Assembly (NCBI GenBank): GCA_964396135.1
Contig: CAYNED010000002.1
Location: 1 to 36,782 of the forward strand
Direction: 5' to 3'
Source of the DNA: an uncultured Neorhizobium sp.
GTDB taxonomy: Bacteria > Pseudomonadota > Alphaproteobacteria > Rhizobiales > Rhizobiaceae
DNA: 36,782 nt
Part shown: positions 17,103 to 26,016 of the stretch, piece by piece
Position numbering within the stretch: position 1 is the first letter of the stretch
Layout of the letters: the number at the start of each line of letters is the position of its first letter
Program-made: the position numbers and the translations under genes
Notes under the pieces: generated by a model
The model's database searches: none
Told to the model about the DNA's origin: nothing
The model's input: the letters and a program-made list of their open reading frames with translations, nothing else

Positions 17103-17841
17103 GCTTTCCCGTCTGGCCGGCCTCAGCCGATCCCTGCTGATCTACTACGCCCAGCCATGGCAGCGGCGTAAGCTGCAGAACTTCTACAAACAATTCGTGC
17201 AGCCCGGCGATCTTGTCTTTGATATCGGCGCGCATGTCGGCAGCCGGTCTCGAACGCTTCTCTCGCTGGGGGCTTCTGTTGTTGCGCTGGAGCCTCAAGC
17301 TGATTTCGCCGCCTTGATCGAACGGACACTGCGGCACCCGAAGCTCGTCTTGCTGCGTCAGGCCGTAGGGCGCGAGCCAGGTTCGATCAACCTGCACATC
17401 TCTAGCCGACACCCCACCGTAACCACCACCTCCGCCTCTTGGATCTCGTCTGTAAAAGACAGTTCGGGTTTCCAACAAGTCAGTTGGGATCGGGTGGAAC
17501 GGGTTGAGGTGACGACGTTCGATCAACTCATCGCCGCCCACGGCCTTCCGACCTTCTGCAAGATCGATGTTGAAGGAGCGGAGGCAGACATCCTTCGCGG
17601 GCTCAGCCAGCCCATCAAGACCATAGCATTCGAATATGTCCCCGCGGCCATGGGGATCGCGCGCGAAGCGGTGGAAGAACTCAATCGCCTGGGACCTTAC
17701 CGCTTCAACCGCACCGTCGGGGAAAATCATAGTTTCCAACACCAAACTTGGCTGTCGCCAAAGGAGATCCTGGCAGAACTGTCATTGCTGGAAAATTGCT
17801 CGCAGTCCGGGGACGTCTACGCTCGGCTGGAAGAGGGATGA
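17092..17841 (+). CDS. FkbM-family SAM methyltransferase
   Basis: VFDIGAHVG, VALEPQ, FCKIDVEGAEADILRG, AFEY; GGAG RBS before ATG 17092. Confidence 0.9.
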   Translation: MSLELSRLAGLSRSLLIYYAQPWQRRKLQNFYKQFVQPGDLVFDIGAHVGSRSRTLLSLGASVVALEPQADFAALIERTLRHPKLVLLRQAVGREPGSINLHISSRHPTVTTTSASWISSVKDSSGFQQVSWDRVERVEVTTFDQLIAAHGLPTFCKIDVEGAEADILRGLSQPIKTIAFEYVPAAMGIAREAVEELNRLGPYRFNRTVGENHSFQHQTWLSPKEILAELSLLENCSQSGDVYARLEEG

Positions 17842-18770
17842 TCTCCGTGCTTCGCTTTCCTCCTTGGAGCGAATGCCAGAACGGCAACGGCCAAACCGGG
17901 CGCAGCGCCTACGAGGGACAGGACGCCATAGAGAATGCTGGCCGCGACACCATCCGCACTTGCATAGCCAAACAACGGCCAAAGCAAAGCCGAGGCAGCT
18001 TCTCGAGCGCCCCAGCCTGCGACCGTCAGGGGAATGAGCATCATCAGCAGGCAAAGCGGAATGGCCGTGACGGCAGCTGTCAGTGGCAAAGGCGCCCCGA
18101 CGGCTGCAGAAGCAAGCATATACATTGCAAGATAGCTGCAAACGACCAAAGAACTCAGAACCAATTGGACCCTCCATGCGCCAGCCTGCACGAAGACGGC
18201 GATCACGGCAGCTTTGAACATGCTTGCCCGCTCCGCCAGGGCCCGTGGTGGAAACCTCAACAACAGCAACCCCGAAGCAACGACGCAGACTATGATGAGC
18301 GCAACAATCGTCAGGAGCCGAGATATCGGCGGCGGAAGATGGCCGGAGTCCAGCAGCGGCCAAGCAATGACGCCCGCGCCGGCCAAAAGGAAAAAGATCC
18401 CCTGACCGGCCGCCCGCTCAAGGAAGACAGCAAGGGCGGGGATCTTCCAAGAGCCTTTTCCGGGCCCTCGGTGCTTGATGGCACGAACGGCGTCACCTGC
18501 CATTCCACCAGGGAGCATCTGGTTGAGGAAGGAACTGAGATAATAGTCGCCGACAGCGTCGCGTCGGTTCAAGACCTGTCCCAACCGCACCGCCGTGAAC
18601 CGCCAGCGCATCGCCGAGAAGACGATCTGCGCCTGAACAAGACAAAGACCTGCTACGATATAAACGGGAGAAACGGACGCCAGGCGCTGGCCTATCTCCT
18701 TCGGATCGAAGGCCACGATGAGACTCAACAAGACGGCAAGGCCGGCCAGAGCGCCGAACAATCGGGTCAT
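17817..18770 (-). CDS. Lysylphosphatidylglycerol synthase TM-domain / flippase-like membrane protein (UPF0104)
   Basis: AMRWR, YYLSSFLNQMLPGGMAGDAVRA, VFLER, IPLTVAGWGAREA; about 8 hydrophobic segments. Confidence 0.85.
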   Translation of the reverse strand: MTRLFGALAGLAVLLSLIVAFDPKEIGQRLASVSPVYIVAGLCLVQAQIVFSAMRWRFTAVRLGQVLNRRDAVGDYYLSSFLNQMLPGGMAGDAVRAIKHRGPGKGSWKIPALAVFLERAAGQGIFFLLAGAGVIAWPLLDSGHLPPPISRLLTIVALIIVCVVASGLLLLRFPPRALAERASMFKAAVIAVFVQAGAWRVQLVLSSLVVCSYLAMYMLASAAVGAPLPLTAAVTAIPLCLLMMLIPLTVAGWGAREAASALLWPLFGYASADGVAASILYGVLSLVGAAPGLAVAVLAFAPRRKAKHGDHPSSSRA

Positions 18771-18829
18771 CGCAGCGCCCTGATTGGCATGACGCGTCGA
18801 GAGTGTGTGATAGCCATACCGGGCATCAA

Positions 18830-20506
18830 ATGAAGACACCGCATTCTCGCACCAACATCCACAATAGACCTCCGGCATCACGTATTTATACGGCTCTGCG
18901 TATCTTTACGGCTGTGGTGGTAATATGGATTGTTCTGGCCCTTCCCTCCAATCCTGCGGCTCTGAAAATTTTCCCGCAGCTCCGGTTTCCTCTGGAAATA
19001 CTGCTGCTGATCCTTGCGGCTGTATTGCTTCCATTCCTTGCCTTCTTCCTTTTCAGGATAGCCGCTAGCTTTTTGTTGGGATCCATCCTGTTTCTGAAGC
19101 TTGCCGACATCGGCACGGGAACCGCCTTCCAACGAGCTTTCAACCCGTACCTCGACATCAAGATCATGGTGGATGGCTGGAACCTGTTAAGCGGTTCGGT
19201 GGGACGTCTGGAAGCGGCCGCTTACATAGGGGCAGCCGTGGCGATCTTGTTTCTTGTATGTATGCTGTTCTTCTGGTCGCTTGGCGGCTTCCGCGCACTG
19301 AGCAGCAGCACAGCAAGATGGACCTCTGTGGCCACAGCCATTTCTCTTTGTGCTGGCGTCGCAGCGATGTCTTTTGGCCAAAGCGGCATGCCGCTGTCGG
19401 CAAATGCCGGCCCATATCTCGCCAACCGGCTGGCCCTTATCCGGCAGTCGATTGCGGACCTGGCTGATTTCGAACGGGAAATACAGGCCGATGAGATCGC
19501 GGACATCTCAAAGCCCGAGCTGTTCTCCGTCCTGAAAGGCACCGATGTCGTCATCGTCTTTGTCGAATCTTACGGTCGCTCCGCTGTTGAGGACGAGCGT
19601 TACGCACAAACAGTAGGCAGCCGACTGCACCAGCTGGAAACGCAAATTGCCGGCGCAGGGCTTGAGGCGCGCAGCGGTTGGCTTACCTCCCCGACCGTAG
19701 GGGGCCTGAGCTGGCTTGCCCACGGGGCGCTTTTGTCGGGCCTATGGACCGATAATCAGGCGCGTTATGATCGCATGATTGAAAGCGATCGGGCGGCCTT
19801 AAACTCGCTCTTCCGAACGGCAGGATGGCGGACAACGGCTATCATGCCCGCGATCACGATGGCCTGGCCGGAAAGTGCTTACTTTGACTATGACAGCATT
19901 TGGGACGCTGCGGGTCTTGGTTACCAGGGGAAGTCCTTCAACTGGGTGACCATGCCTGACCAATATACCTTGTCCGCATTCGAACGCCTAGAGCGGAACA
20001 AGGGCGGTGCACCGGTGATGGCCGAGATCGCTCTGATATCAAGTCATGCTCCCTGGACGCCGGTTCCGACCCTTATCGACTGGGAAAGCATCGGCGACGG
20101 TCGCATCTTTAACGTGCAGGCGGAAAGTGGGGACCCCCCTTCCGTAGTCTGGTCAGACCCGGGAAGAATACGATCTCAGTATCTGGCGTCAGTTGATTAC
20201 GCTTTACAGACACTCGGCTCCTATATCGAGCGATACGGCAAGAACACGCTCTTCGTCATCCTCGGCGACCATCAGCCGGCAGCGGTCATTACGGGAGACG
20301 GCGCATCACGAGACGTCCCGACGCACATCATCGGCAGCCCCGAACTCATCAAAAGGATCGACAACTGGGGATGGAGCAACGGCATGCGGCCGGAAAGCAC
20401 CTTGCCGGCATTGCGGATGGACGGCTTCAGGGAAAAATTCGTCCGGACCTATAGCGATGGGAATAGCCGTGGGCCCTTAGACAGGCTCACGACGTCCGGA
20501 CTGTGA
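18830..20506 (+). CDS. Membrane-anchored alkaline phosphatase/sulfatase-superfamily protein (LtaS/OpgB-like phosphotransferase candidate)
   Basis: About 5 N-terminal TM helices, then metal-site motifs VFVESYG, SPTVGGLSWLAH, ISSHAPW, LGDHQP; no CxPxR/SxPxR formylglycine motif. Start is uncertain (18803 or 18830). Confidence 0.8.
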   Translation: MKTPHSRTNIHNRPPASRIYTALRIFTAVVVIWIVLALPSNPAALKIFPQLRFPLEILLLILAAVLLPFLAFFLFRIAASFLLGSILFLKLADIGTGTAFQRAFNPYLDIKIMVDGWNLLSGSVGRLEAAAYIGAAVAILFLVCMLFFWSLGGFRALSSSTARWTSVATAISLCAGVAAMSFGQSGMPLSANAGPYLANRLALIRQSIADLADFEREIQADEIADISKPELFSVLKGTDVVIVFVESYGRSAVEDERYAQTVGSRLHQLETQIAGAGLEARSGWLTSPTVGGLSWLAHGALLSGLWTDNQARYDRMIESDRAALNSLFRTAGWRTTAIMPAITMAWPESAYFDYDSIWDAAGLGYQGKSFNWVTMPDQYTLSAFERLERNKGGAPVMAEIALISSHAPWTPVPTLIDWESIGDGRIFNVQAESGDPPSVVWSDPGRIRSQYLASVDYALQTLGSYIERYGKNTLFVILGDHQPAAVITGDGASRDVPTHIIGSPELIKRIDNWGWSNGMRPESTLPALRMDGFREKFVRTYSDGNSRGPLDRLTTSGL

Positions 20507-21490
20507 CGATTTCAACAATGCATCGATCAGCCGGTGCACCTTAAGCGCTTCCCTGCCGCTGACGCGCGGCTGTCGATCCTGCTCCACGGCATCCGCAAAA
20601 TCTTCAAGCACAGCGCGATGATGTGCGTGGGAAAAAGCCATGGGATCGGCGCCGGCACCGCCGCCAAGCTGGCCGTCATCCAGCTCTACAGTAGATCCGT
20701 CATGGAAACTCGCCTTCAGCTTCGCGCCGTCAATCCAGGCAGTCCCCTTGGTCCCGATGATCTCGATGGCGTCCGGCAGTCCGGGATAGCCGCAAGTCGT
20801 GGCACTGACGGTACCCAGAGCGCCATTGCTGAAGCGGACGGCACCGGTAACCAGATCCTCCGTTTCCATCCGATGCACAGGGGTCGTGGTCGAATAGGCC
20901 ATTGCCTCCACCGGCAGTCCGGCGACAGAGATAAGAAGATCGAGAGTATGGATGCCTTGGGTGAGGAGCACGCCACCGCCATCTCGAGCCTTTGTACCGC
21001 GACCTGGCTGGTCGTAGTAGCTTTGCGGTCGCCAGTTGAAGAGCCTGGCGGACGCTCCGACGATCTCGCCAAGGCGACCCTCAGCCACCAGCTGAGCCAG
21101 AGCCACGCTGATGGGCCGGAACCGGTGCTGCAGCACGACGCCGAGCTTGATGTTTGCGGACTCGGCAACCTCGACCAAGGTGACGGATCGCTCACCAGAA
21201 ACCTCGAGCGGCTTTTCCAGCAGGACATGTCTATTCGCTTCCGCGGCCCGGCGAACCAGTTCCAAGTGGCTATTGGGCGGCGTCAGGATCAGGAGCGCGT
21301 CGACGGAAGCATCGTCAAACAGTTCATCGAGATCTTTGGTGACAGGTAGATCCCATCTTGCGTGAAAAGCGTTGCGGCGCTCAGCTGTTGGACTATACGC
21401 TCCCACTACCTGGATTCGAGCTTGTAAGTCGATGAGGCTCTGCGCATGCGGCGCCGACGCCATCCCTAGTCCGATAATCCCTAACCGCAT
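20477..21490 (-). CDS. Gfo/Idh/MocA family oxidoreductase
   Basis: IIGLGMAS, ILTPPNSH, HVLLEKP, GGGVLLTQGIHTLD; GGGAGGA RBS before ATG 21490. Confidence 0.92.
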   Translation of the reverse strand: MRLGIIGLGMASAPHAQSLIDLQARIQVVGAYSPTAERRNAFHARWDLPVTKDLDELFDDASVDALLILTPPNSHLELVRRAAEANRHVLLEKPLEVSGERSVTLVEVAESANIKLGVVLQHRFRPISVALAQLVAEGRLGEIVGASARLFNWRPQSYYDQPGRGTKARDGGGVLLTQGIHTLDLLISVAGLPVEAMAYSTTTPVHRMETEDLVTGAVRFSNGALGTVSATTCGYPGLPDAIEIIGTKGTAWIDGAKLKASFHDGSTVELDDGQLGGGAGADPMAFSHAHHRAVLEDFADAVEQDRQPRVSGREALKVHRLIDALLKSSQSGRREPV

Positions 21491-21543
21491 CTTGTCCTCC
21501 CTCTTGCAGTCATGGCTACCGCAGCTACAAAGCTCCATCAACA

Positions 21544-21582
21544 CTTGTCATACAAGATACAGATTTTTGTATGTTGACATAC
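21544..21582. promoter_or_regulatory. Putative FadR/GntR (UxuR-like) operator region overlapping a TTGACA -35 box
   Basis: CTTGT-CAT-ACAAG (21544-21556) fits the FadR TNGT-N3-ACNA pattern; GTATGT-TG-ACATAC (21569-21582) contains TTGACA at 21574-21579; a FadR gene lies in the downstream operon. Confidence 0.7.
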
Positions 21583-21632
21583 TTTCTTCACCTGCTTAGC
21601 GATGAGGGGCCGAAGGAGGAGCGGCAGACAGC

Positions 21633-23042
21633 ATGAATTCATTGGTCCATCCTGACGTCCTGTTTCCCGCCGACGATCGCGTGCGTCCAGTTGCGCGAGC
21701 TCTGTATGAGACGGTTGCCGATCTTCCGATTATCAGTCCCCACGGCCATACAGACCCACGCTGGTACGCTCTCGACGAACCCTTTCCTGATCCGGCACAG
21801 CTGCTGATCGTCCCGGACCATTACATCTTCCGGATGCTGTTCAGTCAGGGTGTCGCTCTTGAAAAGCTTGGTGTACGGCGCCTGGACGGAACGGCGGTAG
21901 AAACGGATGGTAGGAGCATCTGGAGGCTCTTTGCCGAGAACTATCACCTGTTCCGGGGTACGCCGACAAGCTTGTGGATGAACTATGTATTGTCCAAGCT
22001 GTTCGGCATTGAGGAGCCGCTGAACGGCAGGACCGCCGACAGTAGCTATGACCAGATTGCCGACAAGTTGCGTCAGCCCGACTACCGGCCTCGGGCGCTG
22101 TTCAAGCGCTTCAACATTGAGGTCATCGCCACCACCGAAGGTGCGCTCGATGACCTGCGCTGGCACAAAATGATCCGTGAAAGCGGCTGGGACGGCCGCG
22201 TTGTAACCGCCTACCGACCAGACGCCGTCGTCGACCCGGACTTTGAAGGCTTTTCAGCCAATCTTGATCAGCTCGGTGATATGACCGGTGAAGATACTGG
22301 AACCTGGTCCGGCTATCTCGCGGCCCACCGCGCACGCCGTGCCTACTTCAAGTCTTTCGGAGCCACTTCATCCGACCATGGTCACGCCACTGCGGATACT
22401 GCCAATCTTTCACCTTCGGAAGCGGCTGCGCTTTTCGATAAAGTAAGAAGCGGCCGCGCAGAAGCGGATGATCATAGGCTCTTCCGCGGCCAGATGCTGA
22501 CCGAGATGGCGAAGATGAGCCTGGATGACGGGCTCGTCTTGCAGATCCATCCTGGATCGTCGCGCAACCACTCGCCGACAATGCTCCAGCGGCACGGGCG
22601 CGACATGGGCTTCGACATTCCCACCCGCACCGATTATGTCCGCGCCATCAAGCCCTTGTTGGACGCCGTCGGGCTGGAGCGGAACCTGACGGTGGTCCTC
22701 TTCACACTCGACGAGACCGCCTACGCCCGCGAGTTGGCGCCCTTGGCGGGCGTTTACCCAGCGCTACGGCTCGGCCCTGCATGGTGGTTCCACGACAGCC
22801 CGGAAGGTATGCGGCGCTTCCGCGAGATGACGACGGAAACAGCCGGGTTCTACAACACCGTCGGCTTCAATGACGACACGCGTGCCTTCCCGTCCATACC
22901 GGCACGCCACGATATCGCTCGGCGAGTGGATTGCGCCTTCCTGGCGCGCCTGGTCACCGAACACAGGCTGAGGGAAGAGGAAGCCTTCGATCTGGCTAAG
23001 GAGCTTGCCTATACGCTGGCAAAGAAGGCGTATCGGCTTTGA
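21633..23042 (+). CDS. uxaC: Glucuronate (uronate) isomerase
   Basis: LPIISPHGHTDP, PDHYIFRML, SSDHGH, LQIHPG, GPAWWFHDS, GFNDDTRAF..ARHD. Confidence 0.95.
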   Translation: MNSLVHPDVLFPADDRVRPVARALYETVADLPIISPHGHTDPRWYALDEPFPDPAQLLIVPDHYIFRMLFSQGVALEKLGVRRLDGTAVETDGRSIWRLFAENYHLFRGTPTSLWMNYVLSKLFGIEEPLNGRTADSSYDQIADKLRQPDYRPRALFKRFNIEVIATTEGALDDLRWHKMIRESGWDGRVVTAYRPDAVVDPDFEGFSANLDQLGDMTGEDTGTWSGYLAAHRARRAYFKSFGATSSDHGHATADTANLSPSEAAALFDKVRSGRAEADDHRLFRGQMLTEMAKMSLDDGLVLQIHPGSSRNHSPTMLQRHGRDMGFDIPTRTDYVRAIKPLLDAVGLERNLTVVLFTLDETAYARELAPLAGVYPALRLGPAWWFHDSPEGMRRFREMTTETAGFYNTVGFNDDTRAFPSIPARHDIARRVDCAFLARLVTEHRLREEEAFDLAKELAYTLAKKAYRL

Positions 23043-23081
23043 CTGGCGCGTAGGGCGCCGATGCAAATGGGAGGAGAAACT

Positions 23082-24059
23082 ATGTTGCATTTTGGAAAGG
23101 TGGCTGCCGCCTTCACGGTTGTAGCTTCATTGCTGGCGAGCACCGCCATGGCACAAACCGTGCTTCGCTCGTCGGACACACACCCGGACGGTTATCCGAC
23201 CGTTGAGGGTGTGAAGTATTTCGGCGAACTCCTCAAGGAGCGCACGGAGGGCCGCTATGAAGTTGAAGTGTATCACTCGGCGCAGCTGGGTGAAGAGAAG
23301 GATACAATCGAGCAGGTTCGTTCGGGCGTACTTGAGCTGAACCGCGTGTCGATGGCGCCTTTCAACGGAACGGTGAAGGAATCGATCGTCCCGGCGCTCC
23401 CGTACCTCTTCCGCTCCGAAGAACACATGCACAAGGTCATGGATGGCGCCGTGGGCGACCAGATCAAGGCAGCATTCGAGGGAGCAGGTCTTGTCGTCCT
23501 CGCATTCTACGATGCCGGTGCCCGCTCCTTCTACAACCGGACGAAACCCATCAACTCCGTTGAGGACATGAAGGGGATGAAGTTCCGGGTCATCCAGTCG
23601 GATATCTTTGTAGACATGGTCGCCGCGCTGGGTGCCAATGCGACACCGATGCCCTACGGCGAGGTTTATTCCTCCATCGAGACAGGCGTCATCGACGGAG
23701 CTGAAAACAACTTCCCCAGCTACGATACGGCAAAGCATTATGAAGTGGCTACGCACTTCTCGCTCGACGAGCACACCATTCTTCCGGAAGTGTTCGTGAT
23801 GAACAAGGCAGCGTTCGATCAGCTAACACCTGAGGATCAGGAAATCTTCCGGCAGGCCGGAAAGGACAGCGTCGCCAAGCAGCGCGAGCTGTGGGCCGCC
23901 AAGGTAAGCGAGTCCCGCAAGATCGTCGAAGACGCCGGTGCACAGATCACCACCCCGGACAAGCAGGGCTTCATTGACGCTATGGCGCCAGTCTACGCAA
24001 AGCACGTGATAGATCCGGTGCTCGTCAAGATGGTGGAAGACGTCAAGGCCGTTCAGTAG
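23082..24059 (+). CDS. TRAP transporter substrate-binding protein (DctP family)
   Basis: Signal peptide ..AMAQ, SAQLGEE, KFRV (conserved Arg), GANATPMPYGEVY, IDGAENN; GGAGGAG RBS. Confidence 0.93.
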   Translation: MLHFGKVAAAFTVVASLLASTAMAQTVLRSSDTHPDGYPTVEGVKYFGELLKERTEGRYEVEVYHSAQLGEEKDTIEQVRSGVLELNRVSMAPFNGTVKESIVPALPYLFRSEEHMHKVMDGAVGDQIKAAFEGAGLVVLAFYDAGARSFYNRTKPINSVEDMKGMKFRVIQSDIFVDMVAALGANATPMPYGEVYSSIETGVIDGAENNFPSYDTAKHYEVATHFSLDEHTILPEVFVMNKAAFDQLTPEDQEIFRQAGKDSVAKQRELWAAKVSESRKIVEDAGAQITTPDKQGFIDAMAPVYAKHVIDPVLVKMVEDVKAVQ

Positions 24060-24067
24060 CGGCATAC

Positions 24068-24097
24068 AAGAGGGCGGTTGCTTGTGATCGCCCTCTT
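24068..24097 (+). terminator. Intercistronic stem-loop after the TRAP SBP gene
   Basis: AAGAGGGCG..CGCCCTCTT perfect 9-bp stem, extendable by G-U pairs. Confidence 0.6.
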
Positions 24098-24161
24098 CAT
24101 CCAGCAGGTTGAAACCTGCCACCAAACCGCACTCCGGTGAACGGGCAAACAAGAGCGCACC

Positions 24162-24722
24162 ATGTCTGATCCTCTCAAAGCTGTTGCCAGTTTTCTTGGC
24201 CGCATCAACACGCTTGCGCTCTGGAGCGCTGGAATCGGCCTTGTCCTGATGACCGCGTTCGTAGCGTGGCAGGTATTCTGCCGCTACGTCCTCAACGATT
24301 CCCCCAGCTGGACCGAGCCTGGCGCCGTCATGCTGATGAGTTGGTTCATCTTCCTGGGATCTGCCGTGGGCGTGCGTGAGAACTATCATCTTGGTTTCGA
24401 CGTCCTGCTCTACGCTCTGCCCACGGGCGGCAAGAAATGGCTGCGTATGATCTCCGACCTCGTCGCATTTGGCTTCGGGGTCGGCATGATCTGGTACGGC
24501 TGGCAGCTCATCCTCCTCACCTGGAACACGACACTGCCGTCTCTCGGCATTTCAGGGGCATGGGACTACGTGCCCCTGGTCGGCGGCGGCGTGCTCATCG
24601 TGCTGTTTACGTTGGAGCGGATCGTGCTGAGGCTAGCCGGCGCTCCGATCGACGACGTTCTGGATGAAATGCCACCTGCGGACGTGGCGGCCGAACTCGA
24701 CACTGCAAACGTGAAGGCTTGA
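24162..24722 (+). CDS. TRAP transporter small permease (DctQ)
   Basis: QVFCRYVLNDSPSWTE, FLGSAVGVRENYHLGFD; four TM helices. Confidence 0.92.
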   Translation: MSDPLKAVASFLGRINTLALWSAGIGLVLMTAFVAWQVFCRYVLNDSPSWTEPGAVMLMSWFIFLGSAVGVRENYHLGFDVLLYALPTGGKKWLRMISDLVAFGFGVGMIWYGWQLILLTWNTTLPSLGISGAWDYVPLVGGGVLIVLFTLERIVLRLAGAPIDDVLDEMPPADVAAELDTANVKA

Positions 24723-26008
24723 TGTTCATGGAATATTGGATCCTCTTCGGCGTCTTCACGCTTCTGATGCTGATCGGCACGCCGATCGCGTTCTGCCTTG
24801 GCGTCGCCAGCTTTGCTACGGTTGCCTATATCGGACTTCCCCCGCTGGTTGTTTTCCAGCGGCTGAATTCGGGTATGAGCGTCTTCTCCATGCTAGCCAT
24901 CCCCTTCTTCATCTACGCCGGCGATCTGATGGTTCGGGGAGGCATAGCGCAGAAGATCGTGGCCTTCGCAGCATCCCTGGTCGGCCATATTCGAGGCGGG
25001 CTCGGGCAGGTCAACATCGTGACCGCGACGCTTTTTGGCGGCATCTCGGGTTCGGCAGTCGCCGAGGCTGCAGCCGTCGGCGGGTTGATGATTCCGCAGA
25101 TGAAGCAGCGGGGTTACGGCGCAGACTACGCGGTGAACGTAACCTCCATGGCCGCTTTGATCGCCCTGCTCCTGCCGCCCTCCCATAACATGATCATCTA
25201 CTCGATCGCGGCCGGCGGGAAGATCTCCATTGCCGACCTTTTCACCGCGGGCGTCATCCCAGGTCTCCTGTTCGCGCTCGCATTAATGATGACCGCCTAT
25301 TTCGTGGCTCGAAGCCGCGGGTACCCGGTGGAAACCTTTCCTGGCTTCCAGATCGCGCTTCAGCTGGGAGCAGTCGCCATTCCAGGCCTGCTGCTCATCG
25401 CGATCATCTTCGGTGGTGTTCGCTCGGGGATATTCACCGCCACGGAGAGTTCCTGCATCGCCGTCATCTACGCCCTGTTGATCACGGTCTTCGTATATCG
25501 CGAGATGACCTGGGAGGGCTTTGTCCATGCAACCATGGGTGCCGTGCGCACGACAGCCATGGTCTTGCTCATCATCGGCATGGCCGCGGCTTTCTCGTGG
25601 CTGATGGCGTTCCTCCGAGTTCCGTCTGCTCTGATCGCATGGATGAACACCATCTCCGACAATCCTCTGATCATCCTGCTGCTTCTCAACATCCTGATGC
25701 TCTTTCTGGGCACCTTCATGGATATGGGTCCGACGATCATCATCGCGACGCCCATCTTCCTGCCCGTTGCACAGGCCTATGGCGTTGATCCGGTCCACTT
25801 CGGGGTGATCATGATCCTGAACTTCGGCATCGGACTGAACACGCCCCCGGTAGGAGCTGTTCAGTTCGTCGCGTGCGCGGTGGGGAAGATATCCGTCTGG
25901 CAAGCGATGCGGTCAATATGGCCCTTCTACCTCGCAGGGGTCGCAGTACTTGGCCTCGTCACTTATGTCCCGGCAATTTCGCTATGGTTGCCGAGCGTGT
26001 TCAAATAG
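24722..26008 (+). CDS. TRAP transporter large permease (DctM)
   Basis: LAIPFFI, FGGISGSAVA, LPPSHNMI, FTATES, GVDPVHFG, NTPPVG; start at 24722 or 24728. Confidence 0.93.
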   Translation: MFMEYWILFGVFTLLMLIGTPIAFCLGVASFATVAYIGLPPLVVFQRLNSGMSVFSMLAIPFFIYAGDLMVRGGIAQKIVAFAASLVGHIRGGLGQVNIVTATLFGGISGSAVAEAAAVGGLMIPQMKQRGYGADYAVNVTSMAALIALLLPPSHNMIIYSIAAGGKISIADLFTAGVIPGLLFALALMMTAYFVARSRGYPVETFPGFQIALQLGAVAIPGLLLIAIIFGGVRSGIFTATESSCIAVIYALLITVFVYREMTWEGFVHATMGAVRTTAMVLLIIGMAAAFSWLMAFLRVPSALIAWMNTISDNPLIILLLLNILMLFLGTFMDMGPTIIIATPIFLPVAQAYGVDPVHFGVIMILNFGIGLNTPPVGAVQFVACAVGKISVWQAMRSIWPFYLAGVAVLGLVTYVPAISLWLPSVFK

Positions 26009-26016
26009 GACGAGCT

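Noticed and set aside
17748-18833. 361-aa plus-strand ORF
   Set aside because: Antisense shadow of the flippase-like gene; R/Q/G-rich with no motifs, as expected opposite a hydrophobic gene in high-GC DNA.
10969-20506. Toxoflavin-type biosynthetic cluster
   Set aside because: It shares ribA/ribD paralogs and a methyltransferase, but no WD-repeat ToxC, FGE-domain ToxD or RND exporter is visible; lipid and glycosyl enzymes are present instead.
20534-21349. 271-aa plus-strand ORF, and similar long ORFs at 16867-17745, 6178-6939, 30234-30917 and 31329-32069
   Set aside because: All lie antisense to well-supported genes and have no recognisable domains.
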